Made by a program: the position numbers and the translations under genes
DNA from: Candidatus Moraniibacteriota bacterium
GTDB lineage: Bacteria > Patescibacteriota > Minisyncoccia > Moranbacterales > GCA-2747515
DNA: 64,000 nucleotides
NCBI GenBank assembly: GCA_046116545.1
Contig: CP175956.1
Span: forward strand, 833,734-897,733
Direction of reading: 5' to 3'
Shown: in pieces, positions 47,962 through 58,950 of the stretch
Layout: every line of letters starts with the position of its first letter
How positions within the stretch are numbered: position 1 is the stretch's first letter
Notes under the pieces: generated by a model
Databases searched by the model: none
What the model saw: only the letters and a program-made list of their open reading frames with translations
What the model was told of the DNA's origin: nothing

Positions 47962-48015
47962 ATTGGCAGTCCTTATTGATGAAAACATTTATCAACAGGA
48001 ATGGACTCCTACAAA
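47962..48015 (-). promoter_or_regulatory. Structured rpsB leader (probable S2 autoregulation)
   Basis: Nested stems agtcc/ggact and ttgat/atcaa just upstream of rpsB. Confidence 0.5.
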
Positions 48016-48152
48016 TATATACTTGATTAATTAATGAACTCAATGGTACATGATACCTCAACACTTGTCAATTAAATTAAATTGTGTTAGTCTGTTGCTT
48101 AGTGGTATGTCCCGATATTTCACCACTTATTTATTGATACTAAATTTTACTT

Positions 48153-48443
48153 ATGAAAAAAGACCTACATCCAAATTATATAAAAGATGCTTCCATAACA
48201 TGTTCTTGTGGTGCTGAGTTCACAACTGGAGCAACACGTGAAGAACTTTCAATAGAATCATGTTCTCAGTGTCATCCAGCTTATACTGGGAAGAAAAAGA
48301 TTATTGACTCAACTGGACGAGTTGATAGATTCAAAAAACTTGCTGAGAAAGCAGCAAAAGCAAAGAATACGCGTAAAGACATTAAGAGTAAAGAAGATAA
48401 AAAAGAAGAAAAAGCAAAAAAGCAAGAAAAAGCTACTGCTTAA
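48153..48443 (+). CDS. rpmE: 50S ribosomal protein L31 (Zn-binding type)
   Basis: MKKDLHPNY, CSCG, CSQCHPAYTG, GRVDRF. Confidence 0.97.
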   Translation: MKKDLHPNYIKDASITCSCGAEFTTGATREELSIESCSQCHPAYTGKKKIIDSTGRVDRFKKLAEKAAKAKNTRKDIKSKEDKKEEKAKKQEKATA

Positions 48444-48657
48444 ATATATTAATGTAACTTGCTTTATAGACACCCGTTATGGGTGTCTTTTCTTTTTTCT
48501 CATTCTGTATTGTGCTTTTTATAATCAATCAGAAACCTAAACAACTACATCTGAGATATATGTGTAGATCTTAATCATGTACCTCCCAAAGTAAGCGACC
48601 CGAGTAAACAGAGTACTTACAAAAGGCTTTTAAAGGTTTATGGATTCGCAGTCTAGC

Positions 48658-48779
48658 GTCTTTGCGAGCAGAAGTGATATTTTATGTGACTAGCGAAGCA
48701 ATCTACTGTAAGTTCATTATCAACTACATCTGAGATTGCTTCTCCGTATACAATGATTATCACTCCTACTCGCAAAGAC
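48658..48779. repeat. Family C RPE-like element (expanded arms)
   Basis: gtctttgcgag...cgaagcaatct...agattgcttc...ctcgcaaagac. Confidence 0.8.
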
Positions 48780-48869
48780 ATATTTAAAACATAAAGAATT
48801 ATCATTTTTTACTTTGACTGCAGCCAGATAGTACAGTATAGTACTAACCAGTAATAATGAACAAAATTT

Positions 48870-49952
48870 ATGAAAGATATAATTGAAAAAGTGAAAAAAG
48901 AATATACTGAAATCACAGAAGCTTTAAATGACCCAAATATTTCAAGCAATCCTACAAAAATGATAGAACTCAGCAAAAAACAATCTGAGATGAATGAAGT
49001 TATATCAAAAATCACAGAATTTGAAAAAATAAATCAATCCATGAAAGATAATGCTGAAATGATAAATGAAGGAGGAGATGAGGAATTGGCACAAATGGCA
49101 ATGGAAGAAAATGCTGATTTATCTAAAAGAATTCCTATAATTGAAAAAGAATTGGAAGTTTTACTATTGCCAAAAGATCCCAATGATACAAAGAATGTTA
49201 TTGTAGAAATTCGTGGAGGTGCTGGTGGAGATGAATCTGCACTTTTTGCCGCAAACCTATTTCGCATGTATTCACGATATGCAGAAAATAATGCCTGGAA
49301 AGTTGCAATATTAAATTCGAGTCCTACCGGAATTGGAGGATACAAAGAGATAGTATTTGAAATAAGTGCTAGTGGCGATGCAAATTCTGTTTTTAAACAC
49401 ATGAAATATGAATCAGGTGTACACAGAGTACAAAGGATTCCTGAAACAGAAAAGCAAGGACGTATTCACACATCAACTGCTACTGTGGCAGTCTTGCCGG
49501 AAGTTGAAGAAGTTGATGTGAATATAGAGGCAAAAGACTTACGAATTGACACATTTGCATCTAGTGGACCTGGAGGACAAAGTGTAAATACCACTATGAG
49601 TGCAGTCCGTATAACACATATTCCAACAGGTACAGTTGTGTCTTGCCAAGATGGCAAATCTCAAGGTAAAAATAAAGCTCAAGCTATGAAAGTATTACGC
49701 TCTCGAGTCTTACAGAACGAACAAGAAAAACATGATAAAGAAATAGGAACTGAGAGACGCTCCCAGGTAGGTACAGGAGACCGAAGTGAAAAAATTCGCA
49801 CATACAACTTTCCACAAGACAGGATTACAGACCACAGGATAAAACAAAATTGGAGTGGACTAGAAAAAACATTGGACGGCTACATAGACGAAATAGTAGC
49901 AGCGCTCCAAGAAGAAGATATCAGGATAAAACTAGAGCAACAAACTCCATAA
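48870..49952 (+). CDS. prfA: Peptide chain release factor 1
   Basis: PET anticodon motif (RIPETE), GGQ, GDRSEKIRTYNFPQ. Confidence 0.98.
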   Translation: MKDIIEKVKKEYTEITEALNDPNISSNPTKMIELSKKQSEMNEVISKITEFEKINQSMKDNAEMINEGGDEELAQMAMEENADLSKRIPIIEKELEVLLLPKDPNDTKNVIVEIRGGAGGDESALFAANLFRMYSRYAENNAWKVAILNSSPTGIGGYKEIVFEISASGDANSVFKHMKYESGVHRVQRIPETEKQGRIHTSTATVAVLPEVEEVDVNIEAKDLRIDTFASSGPGGQSVNTTMSAVRITHIPTGTVVSCQDGKSQGKNKAQAMKVLRSRVLQNEQEKHDKEIGTERRSQVGTGDRSEKIRTYNFPQDRITDHRIKQNWSGLEKTLDGYIDEIVAALQEEDIRIKLEQQTP

Positions 49953-50013
49953 TCTATTTGGAACATAAAAAAGACATTCACTCACTGAATGTCTTTTTTT
50001 ATTTAGATTAATT

Positions 50014-50232
50014 TTATTTTGTACCCTGCCCAGAAATATGAGTCGGTGCATTTGGATTTGGAGGAGCCGGTACATAACTTTTATCATTTTTACTTGGACC
50101 TCCTGATTTCATCATCATGAACACAACAAGAAAAAATAATGCTCCAATAATCGCTAAAAACATCTGTACTTGCTTTCCAGTTACTTCCAAAGAAGTGCTA
50201 TCTTCTATCAAATTTTGTATTTTTTCAATCAT
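50014..50232 (-). CDS. Small single-TM protein
   Basis: 72 aa ORF directly downstream of the pilin gene. Confidence 0.55.
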   Translation of the reverse strand: MIEKIQNLIEDSTSLEVTGKQVQMFLAIIGALFFLVVFMMMKSGGPSKNDKSYVPAPPNPNAPTHISGQGTK

Positions 50233-50256
50233 CTTATTTAATTTAACTTTTATAAT

Positions 50257-50841
50257 TTACAGCCTTGAATGTAATTGTACATCTATATAACAATAATCAC
50301 CACTTCTAGACCATCCAATTGACTTACAAATTTTATCAGCATAAGCACCATCCTCAGCATCAGTTGTATCAAGTAAATATAAATTAACACGAGCATAGTC
50401 ATTACTATCACGATCAACATTTAAAGTAATTCCTTGCGTAGCTGCATATGGACTAAATCCATTTTCATCACTTAATATCGGCAGATCACCAAGATGTGTA
50501 ACAGCTTCAAAAATTCTCTGTGCTTCACCTCCTGCAGTCGCAGAGATTGGAGTTCCTATTGTTCCACAAGAAACGTACGTACCTAAACAAAAATCACCAT
50601 CAATATTTCCTCCTGTACTACCTGAACCCATATTACCTTTATCAAATTTTCCAGCAGCAACAGAATCAGCTACCATTTTATGCATTTGAGTTCCATAAGC
50701 TAAATATTTATTTACCTCTGCTCGTTCCCTACCACTATCAAGTGACATCAAAATTACTGTTGATAAAATTGCTATCAGAGCTATAACCATCAAGAGCTCA
50801 ATCAGCGTAAAACCTTTTTGTGTTGATTTGTATTTTTTCAT
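50257..50841 (-). CDS. Type IV pilin / prepilin
   Basis: KG/FTLIELLMVIALIAIL class III signal; C-terminal Cys pair. Confidence 0.92.
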   Translation of the reverse strand: MKKYKSTQKGFTLIELLMVIALIAILSTVILMSLDSGRERAEVNKYLAYGTQMHKMVADSVAAGKFDKGNMGSGSTGGNIDGDFCLGTYVSCGTIGTPISATAGGEAQRIFEAVTHLGDLPILSDENGFSPYAATQGITLNVDRDSNDYARVNLYLLDTTDAEDGAYADKICKSIGWSRSGDYCYIDVQLHSRL

Positions 50842-51014
50842 ATTTAAAAAATATGTTACGAATTAATAACTTTTCATTATTATAACATTCTAAATAATTT
50901 TGCGCAAAAAAGTTATCCCCATTGAAATGCTCCGTGCATCTACTTAATAAATACTCTACACCCTACAGCTATTTTACAAACAAAAAATGCGATATCTCTA
51001 TCGCATTTTTTCAT

Positions 51015-52271
51015 CTATTTTTTATTCATTGCTATATCATAAATTTTCATAAGACCTTTATAATACACATCTTCATTATTGAATAAATCAACTCGTTTCT
51101 TTGCATTTTCTCCCATTTTTTTTATTAATTCTGGATTTTGTATAAATATCTTCATATATTTTACCAAATTATCACTATTATATGATTCAAATACAAATCC
51201 ACTTTTACCATCTTCAATAATCTCTTTTGTGCCTCCAAGATCTGATACGATTACTGGTGACTTAAAAACCAATGATTCTGATATTGCAACAGGAGCATTG
51301 TCATACCAAATTGATGGTAATACACCAACTGAAGATCTGCTCATTAGTTCCATCCACTCCCCACTGTCTTTTGGATAAAAACCTGTAAACTCTACAACAT
51401 CACTCACATCATTATCACATACATATTCTTTTATCTCATTTTCTTGTGGACCTTTTCCAGCAATAACAAACTTCCACCCATTTAACTCATTAGATTTTTT
51501 TATTTTTTTCATGGCATCTATAGCAAGTTTTAAACCTTTTTCCTCTGATATACGTCCCATAAATAAAAACTCTTTTTTCTTGTTTCCTATTTGTCTATAA
51601 TCATCAAAATTTAATACATTTCTAAGTACTACAATTTTTTCTGCAGAAATACCATATTCAACACATTTATCTTTCATAAATTGACTTGGCGCCAAAAACA
51701 CATCAACGTTATCATAAAAACCAAACCATTTATTTACATACCCCTCAACCATTCCAATAAAACTCTCTCCCCAAGAATCTCCAATTATTTTATTAGTAAA
51801 TAATTTATAATATCTGCCTCCTTTGCAAGAATTATCAACTTTGCCATGTGCAAATAAATGATAATCTGGACATATTACATGATAATCTGTAAGCTCAAAA
51901 ACTATCGGCACACCATGTTTTTTAAATACTCTTAATATCCCAGGTGTCAAATAATGATATATATCATATACATGAGCCACATTTGGTTTTTCATAAGTTA
52001 ATAACTCATCTAGTTTTTTTATAGCGTCTCTATTATAAATAACCTTGGGTACAAGCTTTATTTTTGCCCACAAAGAATGCGCTTCTCGTATATCATAATG
52101 CTTAGCAAAAAATTTCTTATACTCAGTTTTTTCATTTAATTCATCATGCATTGCAAAATTCATTGTCTTATTTCCATACTTTCGCAACAATTTTTCAACT
52201 TCAAAAAGCACAGACACTGCCCCTCCTCCGCGTTCTCTGGTATAATACTTATGTACCTGTAAAATTTTCAT
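51015..52271 (-). CDS. Glycosyltransferase family 4
   Basis: FMGRISEEKG, PSIWYDNAPVAISES, GGTKEII. Confidence 0.92.
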   Translation of the reverse strand: MKILQVHKYYTRERGGGAVSVLFEVEKLLRKYGNKTMNFAMHDELNEKTEYKKFFAKHYDIREAHSLWAKIKLVPKVIYNRDAIKKLDELLTYEKPNVAHVYDIYHYLTPGILRVFKKHGVPIVFELTDYHVICPDYHLFAHGKVDNSCKGGRYYKLFTNKIIGDSWGESFIGMVEGYVNKWFGFYDNVDVFLAPSQFMKDKCVEYGISAEKIVVLRNVLNFDDYRQIGNKKKEFLFMGRISEEKGLKLAIDAMKKIKKSNELNGWKFVIAGKGPQENEIKEYVCDNDVSDVVEFTGFYPKDSGEWMELMSRSSVGVLPSIWYDNAPVAISESLVFKSPVIVSDLGGTKEIIEDGKSGFVFESYNSDNLVKYMKIFIQNPELIKKMGENAKKRVDLFNNEDVYYKGLMKIYDIAMNKK

Positions 52272-52315
52272 AATTGTAATTTCATTACATAATAATCAAC
52301 AATAAATTATAACAC

Positions 52316-53686
52316 ATGAAGTCAACTTTGTCAATAGTAGATAAACATACATTAGGTGTCTTTTCTATCATAGGAATTGTAACTATCTTTATAATTCATT
52401 TTATTTTGCTTTTAAGTCCATTATTTACAATTGGTGCACTTTTCTTTTTATTTATCATCATACTCTTTTTGCATAATCCAGTATATGGCTTCATTTTAAT
52501 TATTATATCACGTACATCAGTAGATTTTTTATCTTCTAAATTTTCCATCTATATTACAGATGCTATAAACTTAAACTTGGCTTCCCTTTTTGCAATACTT
52601 TCTGTATTTCTGTACACGATATTCCTCCTAAATAATAGGAAGAATATTTTATCGGTACCATTAATTATTCCCTTTATATTATTTATAGCATTAACGATAA
52701 CTAGTTACCTTTGGTCTGTAAGCACAATAACGACAATCCAAGAAACTTTACGTATAACTAGTATATTCTTCACCTATTTAGTTGCTTACATAATTTGTAT
52801 AAAAGATATTACTTCCAGAAAAACCATCTTAACTTCAATTTTATTTGCCTCTATAATTCCAATCTCCTTTGCACTATTTCAACTTATTACTCAAACTGGA
52901 ATGACCGATGCAACTGGACTTGATGGAAGATTATTTGGTACTTTTGCAGAAGCAAATGGATTTGCATCATTTATGTTGGTTATAATATCTATACTTCTAT
53001 ACAATACTTTTTCACAAAAAAATTCAATTCAAGACAACAAGCCTCAACTAACACTTTTAGGATTATCCATTCTTTTATTGTTGCTTACATTTAGTAGAGG
53101 CGGTTGGCTAGCGCTCATTGTACTACTTGGTGTATTTGGCCTAATCAAAAAGCCTAAAGCACTTATAGCCTTTACCTTATTATTTATAGTATTATTCTTT
53201 ACATCTTCAAAAATACATGATCGTATAGAGGATGTTTACAATCCTCCAGCTGACAGCTCTATCCGATGGCGAATACGCCAATGGAACGATGTTATTGAAA
53301 CTTGGAAATTATCACCAATTTACGGACATGGTGGAGGTACAGAAATAATTATACACGAACAGGAACATAGTTACTTATCTGGTGACCCCTACACTCACAA
53401 TGATCTTTTGAAAGTAATGCAAGAGACTGGATTAATTGGATTAGCTTTATTTGTATTTCTATTAGCAACTACTCTAATATTATTATTCAAAAAATACTTG
53501 AAACTTACTAATAAAAATGACAAATTATTCGTCTTAATAACCTTATTGTTATTCCTAGCACAACTAAGTTTTGGTATGAGCTCAAATATTTGGAGAGGAA
53601 CTGCTGTTGAATGGATAATCTGGACATTGGTAGCTTGTGCATTATCAATAAGCACATCAAAGGACTCTCAAATTGATCGCGTTTAA
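52316..53686 (+). CDS. O-antigen ligase / Wzy_C family membrane protein
   Basis: Many TM helices; TFSRGG, PIYGHG, THND..ETGLIG. Confidence 0.88.
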   Translation: MKSTLSIVDKHTLGVFSIIGIVTIFIIHFILLLSPLFTIGALFFLFIIILFLHNPVYGFILIIISRTSVDFLSSKFSIYITDAINLNLASLFAILSVFLYTIFLLNNRKNILSVPLIIPFILFIALTITSYLWSVSTITTIQETLRITSIFFTYLVAYIICIKDITSRKTILTSILFASIIPISFALFQLITQTGMTDATGLDGRLFGTFAEANGFASFMLVIISILLYNTFSQKNSIQDNKPQLTLLGLSILLLLLTFSRGGWLALIVLLGVFGLIKKPKALIAFTLLFIVLFFTSSKIHDRIEDVYNPPADSSIRWRIRQWNDVIETWKLSPIYGHGGGTEIIIHEQEHSYLSGDPYTHNDLLKVMQETGLIGLALFVFLLATTLILLFKKYLKLTNKNDKLFVLITLLLFLAQLSFGMSSNIWRGTAVEWIIWTLVACALSISTSKDSQIDRV

Positions 53687-53697
53687 ATCTAAAAAGA

Positions 53698-54213
53698 TTA
53701 TAAACTCTCTATTTCTTCTTCCAGTAATTTAAAAGTATTTGTAATATCTTCTTTTTGATTTTTACTTATATAATTCTCAAATAATCCATTCTCAAATGAA
53801 CGAACAAATCTATTAATAAAAAGTGGTGTATTTCTTGTATCATCAAAATATTTTATTATCTTATAGTCTGGTGAAAAAAACATATGCACTGTTGTATCCT
53901 CTTGATAAAAACCCGTTTGTTTAGATATATTTAATGCAATTTCCTCCAAGTCTCGCAATGCTACACCAATATCTTCTTTTTCTTGTTTGCTAAATTGCTT
54001 TTCATTTAAAATATCAATATATTCCTCAAAGTCTTTTTGTATTATTTGCAAATCAATAATATTTTTATTCATCTTATTATAATGATCTTCTTGTTCACTA
54101 ACAACAATCATTGAAACATACTCCAAACCATTTTGACACACCAAAGCAACCACAATTGATGTAGTCACAAAACAGACACAAATAAAACTAATTATAAATA
54201 TTTTCTTTTTCAT
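53698..54213 (-). CDS. Hypothetical membrane-anchored protein
   Basis: N-terminal hydrophobic helix; 171 aa. Confidence 0.6.
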   Translation of the reverse strand: MKKKIFIISFICVCFVTTSIVVALVCQNGLEYVSMIVVSEQEDHYNKMNKNIIDLQIIQKDFEEYIDILNEKQFSKQEKEDIGVALRDLEEIALNISKQTGFYQEDTTVHMFFSPDYKIIKYFDDTRNTPLFINRFVRSFENGLFENYISKNQKEDITNTFKLLEEEIESL

Positions 54214-54301
54214 ATTTCAATGATATCAATTTTTTTCAATAAAAGAAAGAAGTCCTACGATACATTGTATCATAGGACTTCAAGTTAAGACTTCAGGTTA
54301 T

Positions 54302-55687
54302 TTACTCTCCAGTATATTCTTCTGTCTGAGCAGCCCAGATAGCACGAAAAGTGTCAGCCACTTTCCATGTACCTATGACACTATACATCATGTCAGGCCC
54401 ATCAAAAAGAATTCTTGGATTGAACAATTTAATGTCCAACAGTTCATAACCACTATAAGCCAATTTAAACCCAAGACCTCCCTGGAAATAAGCAGAGTCC
54501 TTACCCCACAAATAACCCGAGTTGACATTAAGGGTTGGAGACAATCTCCATTTACCTTCATCATCAATGTAATAATCATAGATGTCTGTGTTATAAAACA
54601 GATTCAGCCATCTATTATCATAGGCATATTCAGAACCACGCCCCTCTGAATCAGAGTAATCAACATTGAAAGGATGGATGTAACGACCACCAAACTCATA
54701 ATACGTCCACCAAGCTTCATCATTTTCACGACGTTGCTTGTTGTCATATCTGAGTCTCAGGTCAAACAAGTTTTCACGCTGCTTAGACCAATAACCATTA
54801 GTCATACTACCATTAGTTTTTTGAGTAAATATTCCAGTATTAACTTCAAAACCAGAATTTTCACTCAAATGAGTGTAAGTGCTGATACCACCACCAACGA
54901 TATCATAATCCCACCTTCCGCTGAGATTAGCTCTTGGCTCGTGCATTTTACTTACACCATCCACAAGGTCAAAATAGACCCCAGCATCAGTATTTCCAAT
55001 GCGAAGTGGACGAACATGAACACTCACATTAAAACCCGAATCCGTATGATCTTGATAACCACCACCCATAGATTTTGCATTCCAATGGGTAATATTTACA
55101 ACATCTGTCCAAGAATTGAGATCTCTAACCTCAAGTCCTCCACCTCTCCTAGAAACATCCTGACCTTGACCTGCAATCGAACTACCACCAATCGTACTAG
55201 ACGAAATGGAAAGTGGTTTCAAAGAGGTTTTGGATTTGGATATTGAGCTTGGAATCAACGCAGGCGCTTTTTCCAATGGCTCAAGCTTAGGCACTGTTAC
55301 CGAAACAGGTTGTTTATAAACCGACTTCTGTACAACAACTCTTTTTGCTTGCTGTTGCACTGGTACGATAACAGCAGAAGCATTACAAGATTTAACTGTA
55401 GTAAGCTTCTTACCGGATTTGGAAATAACGAGTCCCGAAAAGGGAAACTTTTTTGGAGATGTATTGGACATAAATCTCATCAATTTGCCGCTATCATCTC
55501 TTCCAATTGCAAAACCATTTGAATAAAGAAACTGAATTTCTCCAATTCCCTCAACTATGGCACATTTACCATCAGAATCCAGTTTATCTACCAGACCCTT
55601 CGGAATGTTTAATGTCCTAGCACTCGACGCCGAAGCGCTCAAAAGCGCAATTGCGAAAATACTAAATAATATTTTCTTCATTCTCAC
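54302..55687 (-). CDS. Secreted protein with Pro/Ser linker and a C-terminal beta-barrel-like domain
   Basis: Signal peptide; aromatic-rich alternating strands (FEVNTGIF, FDLRLRYD, YEFGGRY, YFQGGLGFKL); terminator ~54249-54281. Confidence 0.6.
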   Translation of the reverse strand: MRMKKILFSIFAIALLSASASSARTLNIPKGLVDKLDSDGKCAIVEGIGEIQFLYSNGFAIGRDDSGKLMRFMSNTSPKKFPFSGLVISKSGKKLTTVKSCNASAVIVPVQQQAKRVVVQKSVYKQPVSVTVPKLEPLEKAPALIPSSISKSKTSLKPLSISSSTIGGSSIAGQGQDVSRRGGGLEVRDLNSWTDVVNITHWNAKSMGGGYQDHTDSGFNVSVHVRPLRIGNTDAGVYFDLVDGVSKMHEPRANLSGRWDYDIVGGGISTYTHLSENSGFEVNTGIFTQKTNGSMTNGYWSKQRENLFDLRLRYDNKQRRENDEAWWTYYEFGGRYIHPFNVDYSDSEGRGSEYAYDNRWLNLFYNTDIYDYYIDDEGKWRLSPTLNVNSGYLWGKDSAYFQGGLGFKLAYSGYELLDIKLFNPRILFDGPDMMYSVIGTWKVADTFRAIWAAQTEEYTGE

Positions 55688-56727
55688 TCTCCCTTATACT
55701 GTTGTTGTATACGCATCATTTGTGCATACATTTTTTTCTGACGAAGTCTATGATAGTTCATGTGTCCGGCAAAGTCTTTACGCTTGATAATTGCCCTTGC
55801 TACACTTGCTTTCCATTCGGAATCAAGTGATGCAGCAATCGTCCCTTGTAACAGACCAGTGACAGCACTATACATCATCATATCTGGAGTTCCTATAATC
55901 AAATTATTGAATCCAGAAGAAAACTTCTGAAATGGTGTGACCATTGGATTTTGAGATAACTTTGCAGTCATCTCTTCCACAGAAAGATTTGATACCACGA
56001 CTTCACCATCAGGCAATACAATTTCATGTCCGATAGTTCTGATGATATTCTTTCTCTGTTTTTGCCACCGTACCGAATTTGGATCAGCAGTAAATTGCTG
56101 CACATCATTCATAAAGTGCACCTGTCCACCACTTTGACTTTCCAAAATATTATTCCATGATTGATTAATCTGATCGATCGATTGACCAAATTTATTGAGT
56201 ATCGCAACACGATATTCAAAATCATCTAGGAATTTTTCATGATCCCATTCACCATCTTCTGATGAACTTTCATGAGCTGGTGGAAAAATCCACACACCAG
56301 TGTCTTTATTTGAAACAAAGAATTTGTAACCATTAGAATTAAAACCTTTCTTAGTTCCATTGATCATACAATTCATTCTCTCAAAATAATAAAGACCAAT
56401 TGGATGAGGTCCTTCTGTATAACAGAAGCCTCCAATTATTGGCGCATCTTCATGTTCAGTACTAGCACCAATTATCGGAAAAAATCCCTTAAGTTCAAAA
56501 CCAAATTCCTCCGAATATACCGGAGTGGCTTCAGTGTCCAAATTGGAATGCCTAATTGCATGAAAAGATATGAACGTGTCATTATCTTTTTCCATCTGAG
56601 TCGGATGCTTTGCAGCATCTCCATACTCATCAACCAATGCAACACCTTCCATGTATGTTTTTTTACCGGCACAACCGGTAAAAAACAATACGATACAACA
56701 CAACAAAATAAAATTTAATTGTTTCAT
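55684..56727 (-). CDS. Hypothetical lipoprotein
   Basis: Lipobox FTGC; SD AAGGAG; consensus promoter TTGACA-17-TATAAT at 56872-56900. Confidence 0.7.
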   Translation of the reverse strand: MKQLNFILLCCIVLFFTGCAGKKTYMEGVALVDEYGDAAKHPTQMEKDNDTFISFHAIRHSNLDTEATPVYSEEFGFELKGFFPIIGASTEHEDAPIIGGFCYTEGPHPIGLYYFERMNCMINGTKKGFNSNGYKFFVSNKDTGVWIFPPAHESSSEDGEWDHEKFLDDFEYRVAILNKFGQSIDQINQSWNNILESQSGGQVHFMNDVQQFTADPNSVRWQKQRKNIIRTIGHEIVLPDGEVVVSNLSVEEMTAKLSQNPMVTPFQKFSSGFNNLIIGTPDMMMYSAVTGLLQGTIAASLDSEWKASVARAIIKRKDFAGHMNYHRLRQKKMYAQMMRIQQQYKGE

Positions 56728-56978
56728 ACCAGTCTCCTTTTTTTGACTTATATATTATTGTTAAAGAAATCTTAACTTTTGCGTAATCAATAAGATTACA
56801 TGAAAATACATATGAAATACATACTTTCATGTAATTTTATAAACAACTATCCATTAATATTTTAACCATCTATTATACTACGAAATTACTTTTTTGTCAA
56901 TAGATAGATTGTTGAAAAAAAGAAAAAAGCGATCTGTGTATACAAATCGCTTTTATGTTATTTACCTATCTATAAATA

Positions 56979-57434
56979 TTACTCTGCTTTATAGATAAGG
57001 AATGTCCCCTCCGTCATTTCACGGCCAGGATATTCATGGTCTTCTTCCGAAACTTCTGTTTTAGTTAAAGCCTCTCCAGGAAGCAATAACTCATCTTGGA
57101 TTTCTCCAACTGTTACTACTGCATCTTTTCTAAAAAGACGCACACAATCTCCACCCTGATTGTTATTAATCCTCTGATAGATATATGTCCATCCATCTGG
57201 ATTGGTGTGAAGACGCTTTGCCTCTCTCATGCCGGTTTTTTTATCGAAGATAACTTCGATGACATCGCCACCATGACCATTTGTCGCTTCCAGAACATTG
57301 GAAGAAACGATACCAGGAGGAAATGGATTATGATCACATCGCCCCTCTCCTTGTGGATTAATTCTCATATCTCCAGCAAAGCAGGTACCTACGGAAATCA
57401 ACATCATCCACGCAACCAACAATACTTTTTTCAT
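56979..57434 (-). CDS. Secreted single-domain protein, paralog of the C-terminus of 57607-58950
   Basis: Signal peptide; GEGRCDHNPFPPGIVS..KRLHTNPDGW..GGDCV..GREMTEGTFL. Confidence 0.75.
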   Translation of the reverse strand: MKKVLLVAWMMLISVGTCFAGDMRINPQGEGRCDHNPFPPGIVSSNVLEATNGHGGDVIEVIFDKKTGMREAKRLHTNPDGWTYIYQRINNNQGGDCVRLFRKDAVVTVGEIQDELLLPGEALTKTEVSEEDHEYPGREMTEGTFLIYKAE

Positions 57435-57606
57435 TTTATTCTCCCTGTTTTGTGCTCATATCTGAGCGTTTTTATTGTTTTGCTAACTTAATTCCAAACT
57501 ATAAAACTAAATCAACTGTAAACTATAACACACAAACTATATTTTGTCAATAAAATGAAAAGAGGTAGTTTGTATATACAAACCACCTCTTTACGTGTGT
57601 GTTATT

Positions 57607-58950
57607 TTACTCTGTGACAGGAACGTCTCCAACCTTATGAACAAGGAAGGTTCCCTCCGTCATCTCACGTCCCCAATACTCATGGTCCATTTCTGAAACC
57701 ATTCTAGGCACAAGAGATTCTCCAGCTCTCAGTAACTGCTGAAGTTGTTCAATAGTGAACATGTCATCTTTTTGAAAAAGCCAAACACAATCACCACCTG
57801 CTCCATTTGGATTAATCCACTGATAAACATAAGACCATCCATCTGGATTGGTATGAAGACGTTTTGCATGTCTCATACCAGTTTTCTCATCAAAGATAAC
57901 TTCGATGACATCACCACCACGTCCATTCGTCGCTTCCATAACATCAGTAGAAACAATACCGGGAGGAAAAGGATTGTGATCACATCTTCCTTCACCCGCC
58001 ACATTAATACGCATGCCAACAAGAGCTGGCATATCTGCATAAACAGTCTGTGTTTGCACACGGACTTCAGGTGGACGAGATTCAGCTACTACACGCTTCT
58101 GTTGTTCTTGGCGAAGTTTCTGTTGCAACTCTCCAATATAAACAGTTTTAGCATGCAGTTCATTGGCATAAATCTTGTTAGCCTCAATAAGATCAACAAC
58201 GATTTTTTTCGCATTAATAATATTTGCATTAAGCACATCAATATGTGCTGTTTGCGCGCGAAATTCCTCAGTCTCCACTCGCTTAGCCTGAACAAGGTCT
58301 GCAACGACCTTTTTGGCTGTGAGTAATTGTGTCTCAAGCGTTTCCACATGAGCAGTTGTTACCCTAAGCTCAGTTGCTACAACTTCACTAGCTTTAACTA
58401 GATCAGCATTAACAACTGTGATATCAGCTACTTGAGCTTCCAAATGCTTAGTATGAACTAAATCAGTTGAAATCTCTTTCACAGACAGCTTGTGACCATG
58501 CTTCTTGTAATAAGCACGCCGAATTTTACCAGCCTTGACAACCATCGCCTTAAAGGTCGGATCGTCAGAACTAATAGTCTTAAGCTCAATACCAGCCTTC
58601 AAACTATTCAAATCAGCGGCCGTAAGACCTGATACAGCAGCAATTAACCATGGATTTTGCCCACGATCATTTGCAAACTTAATCAAGTTTTGATTCTTTG
58701 GTAAAGAACCTAAGATGATAGCCTGTTGAATATCTAAGATATTCTCAGTATCAGCCTTAACCTCACCAATAGCACCAGTTATTACTTCCTCCGATTTAAT
58801 GATCTGATCAAGGATGTGCTGCATTGAAACTTCTGATTTAGAAGCACTATCAACAATTACCTTTACATTCATCTCTTCAGCTACTGCAAATGCAGAAGGA
58901 TGAAGAAATACCATAGCCATTCCTACGAAAAAAAATTGAATTTTTTTCAT
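57607..58950 (-). CDS. Secreted modular protein: LysM-like segment, 5-residue-period repeat stalk, C-terminal duplicated domain
   Basis: Signal peptide; repeats LVKAS-EVVAT-ELRVT, LVQAK-RVETE-EFRAQ, LIEAN-KIYAN-ELHAK. Confidence 0.7.
   Translation of the reverse strand: MKKIQFFFVGMAMVFLHPSAFAVAEEMNVKVIVDSASKSEVSMQHILDQIIKSEEVITGAIGEVKADTENILDIQQAIILGSLPKNQNLIKFANDRGQNPWLIAAVSGLTAADLNSLKAGIELKTISSDDPTFKAMVVKAGKIRRAYYKKHGHKLSVKEISTDLVHTKHLEAQVADITVVNADLVKASEVVATELRVTTAHVETLETQLLTAKKVVADLVQAKRVETEEFRAQTAHIDVLNANIINAKKIVVDLIEANKIYANELHAKTVYIGELQQKLRQEQQKRVVAESRPPEVRVQTQTVYADMPALVGMRINVAGEGRCDHNPFPPGIVSTDVMEATNGRGGDVIEVIFDEKTGMRHAKRLHTNPDGWSYVYQWINPNGAGGDCVWLFQKDDMFTIEQLQQLLRAGESLVPRMVSEMDHEYWGREMTEGTFLVHKVGDVPVTE

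Noticed and set aside
56979-58020. DGR template/variable repeat pair
   Set aside because: Both copies are coding, differences look like ordinary third-position changes rather than adenine-specific ones, and no reverse transcriptase is in the window
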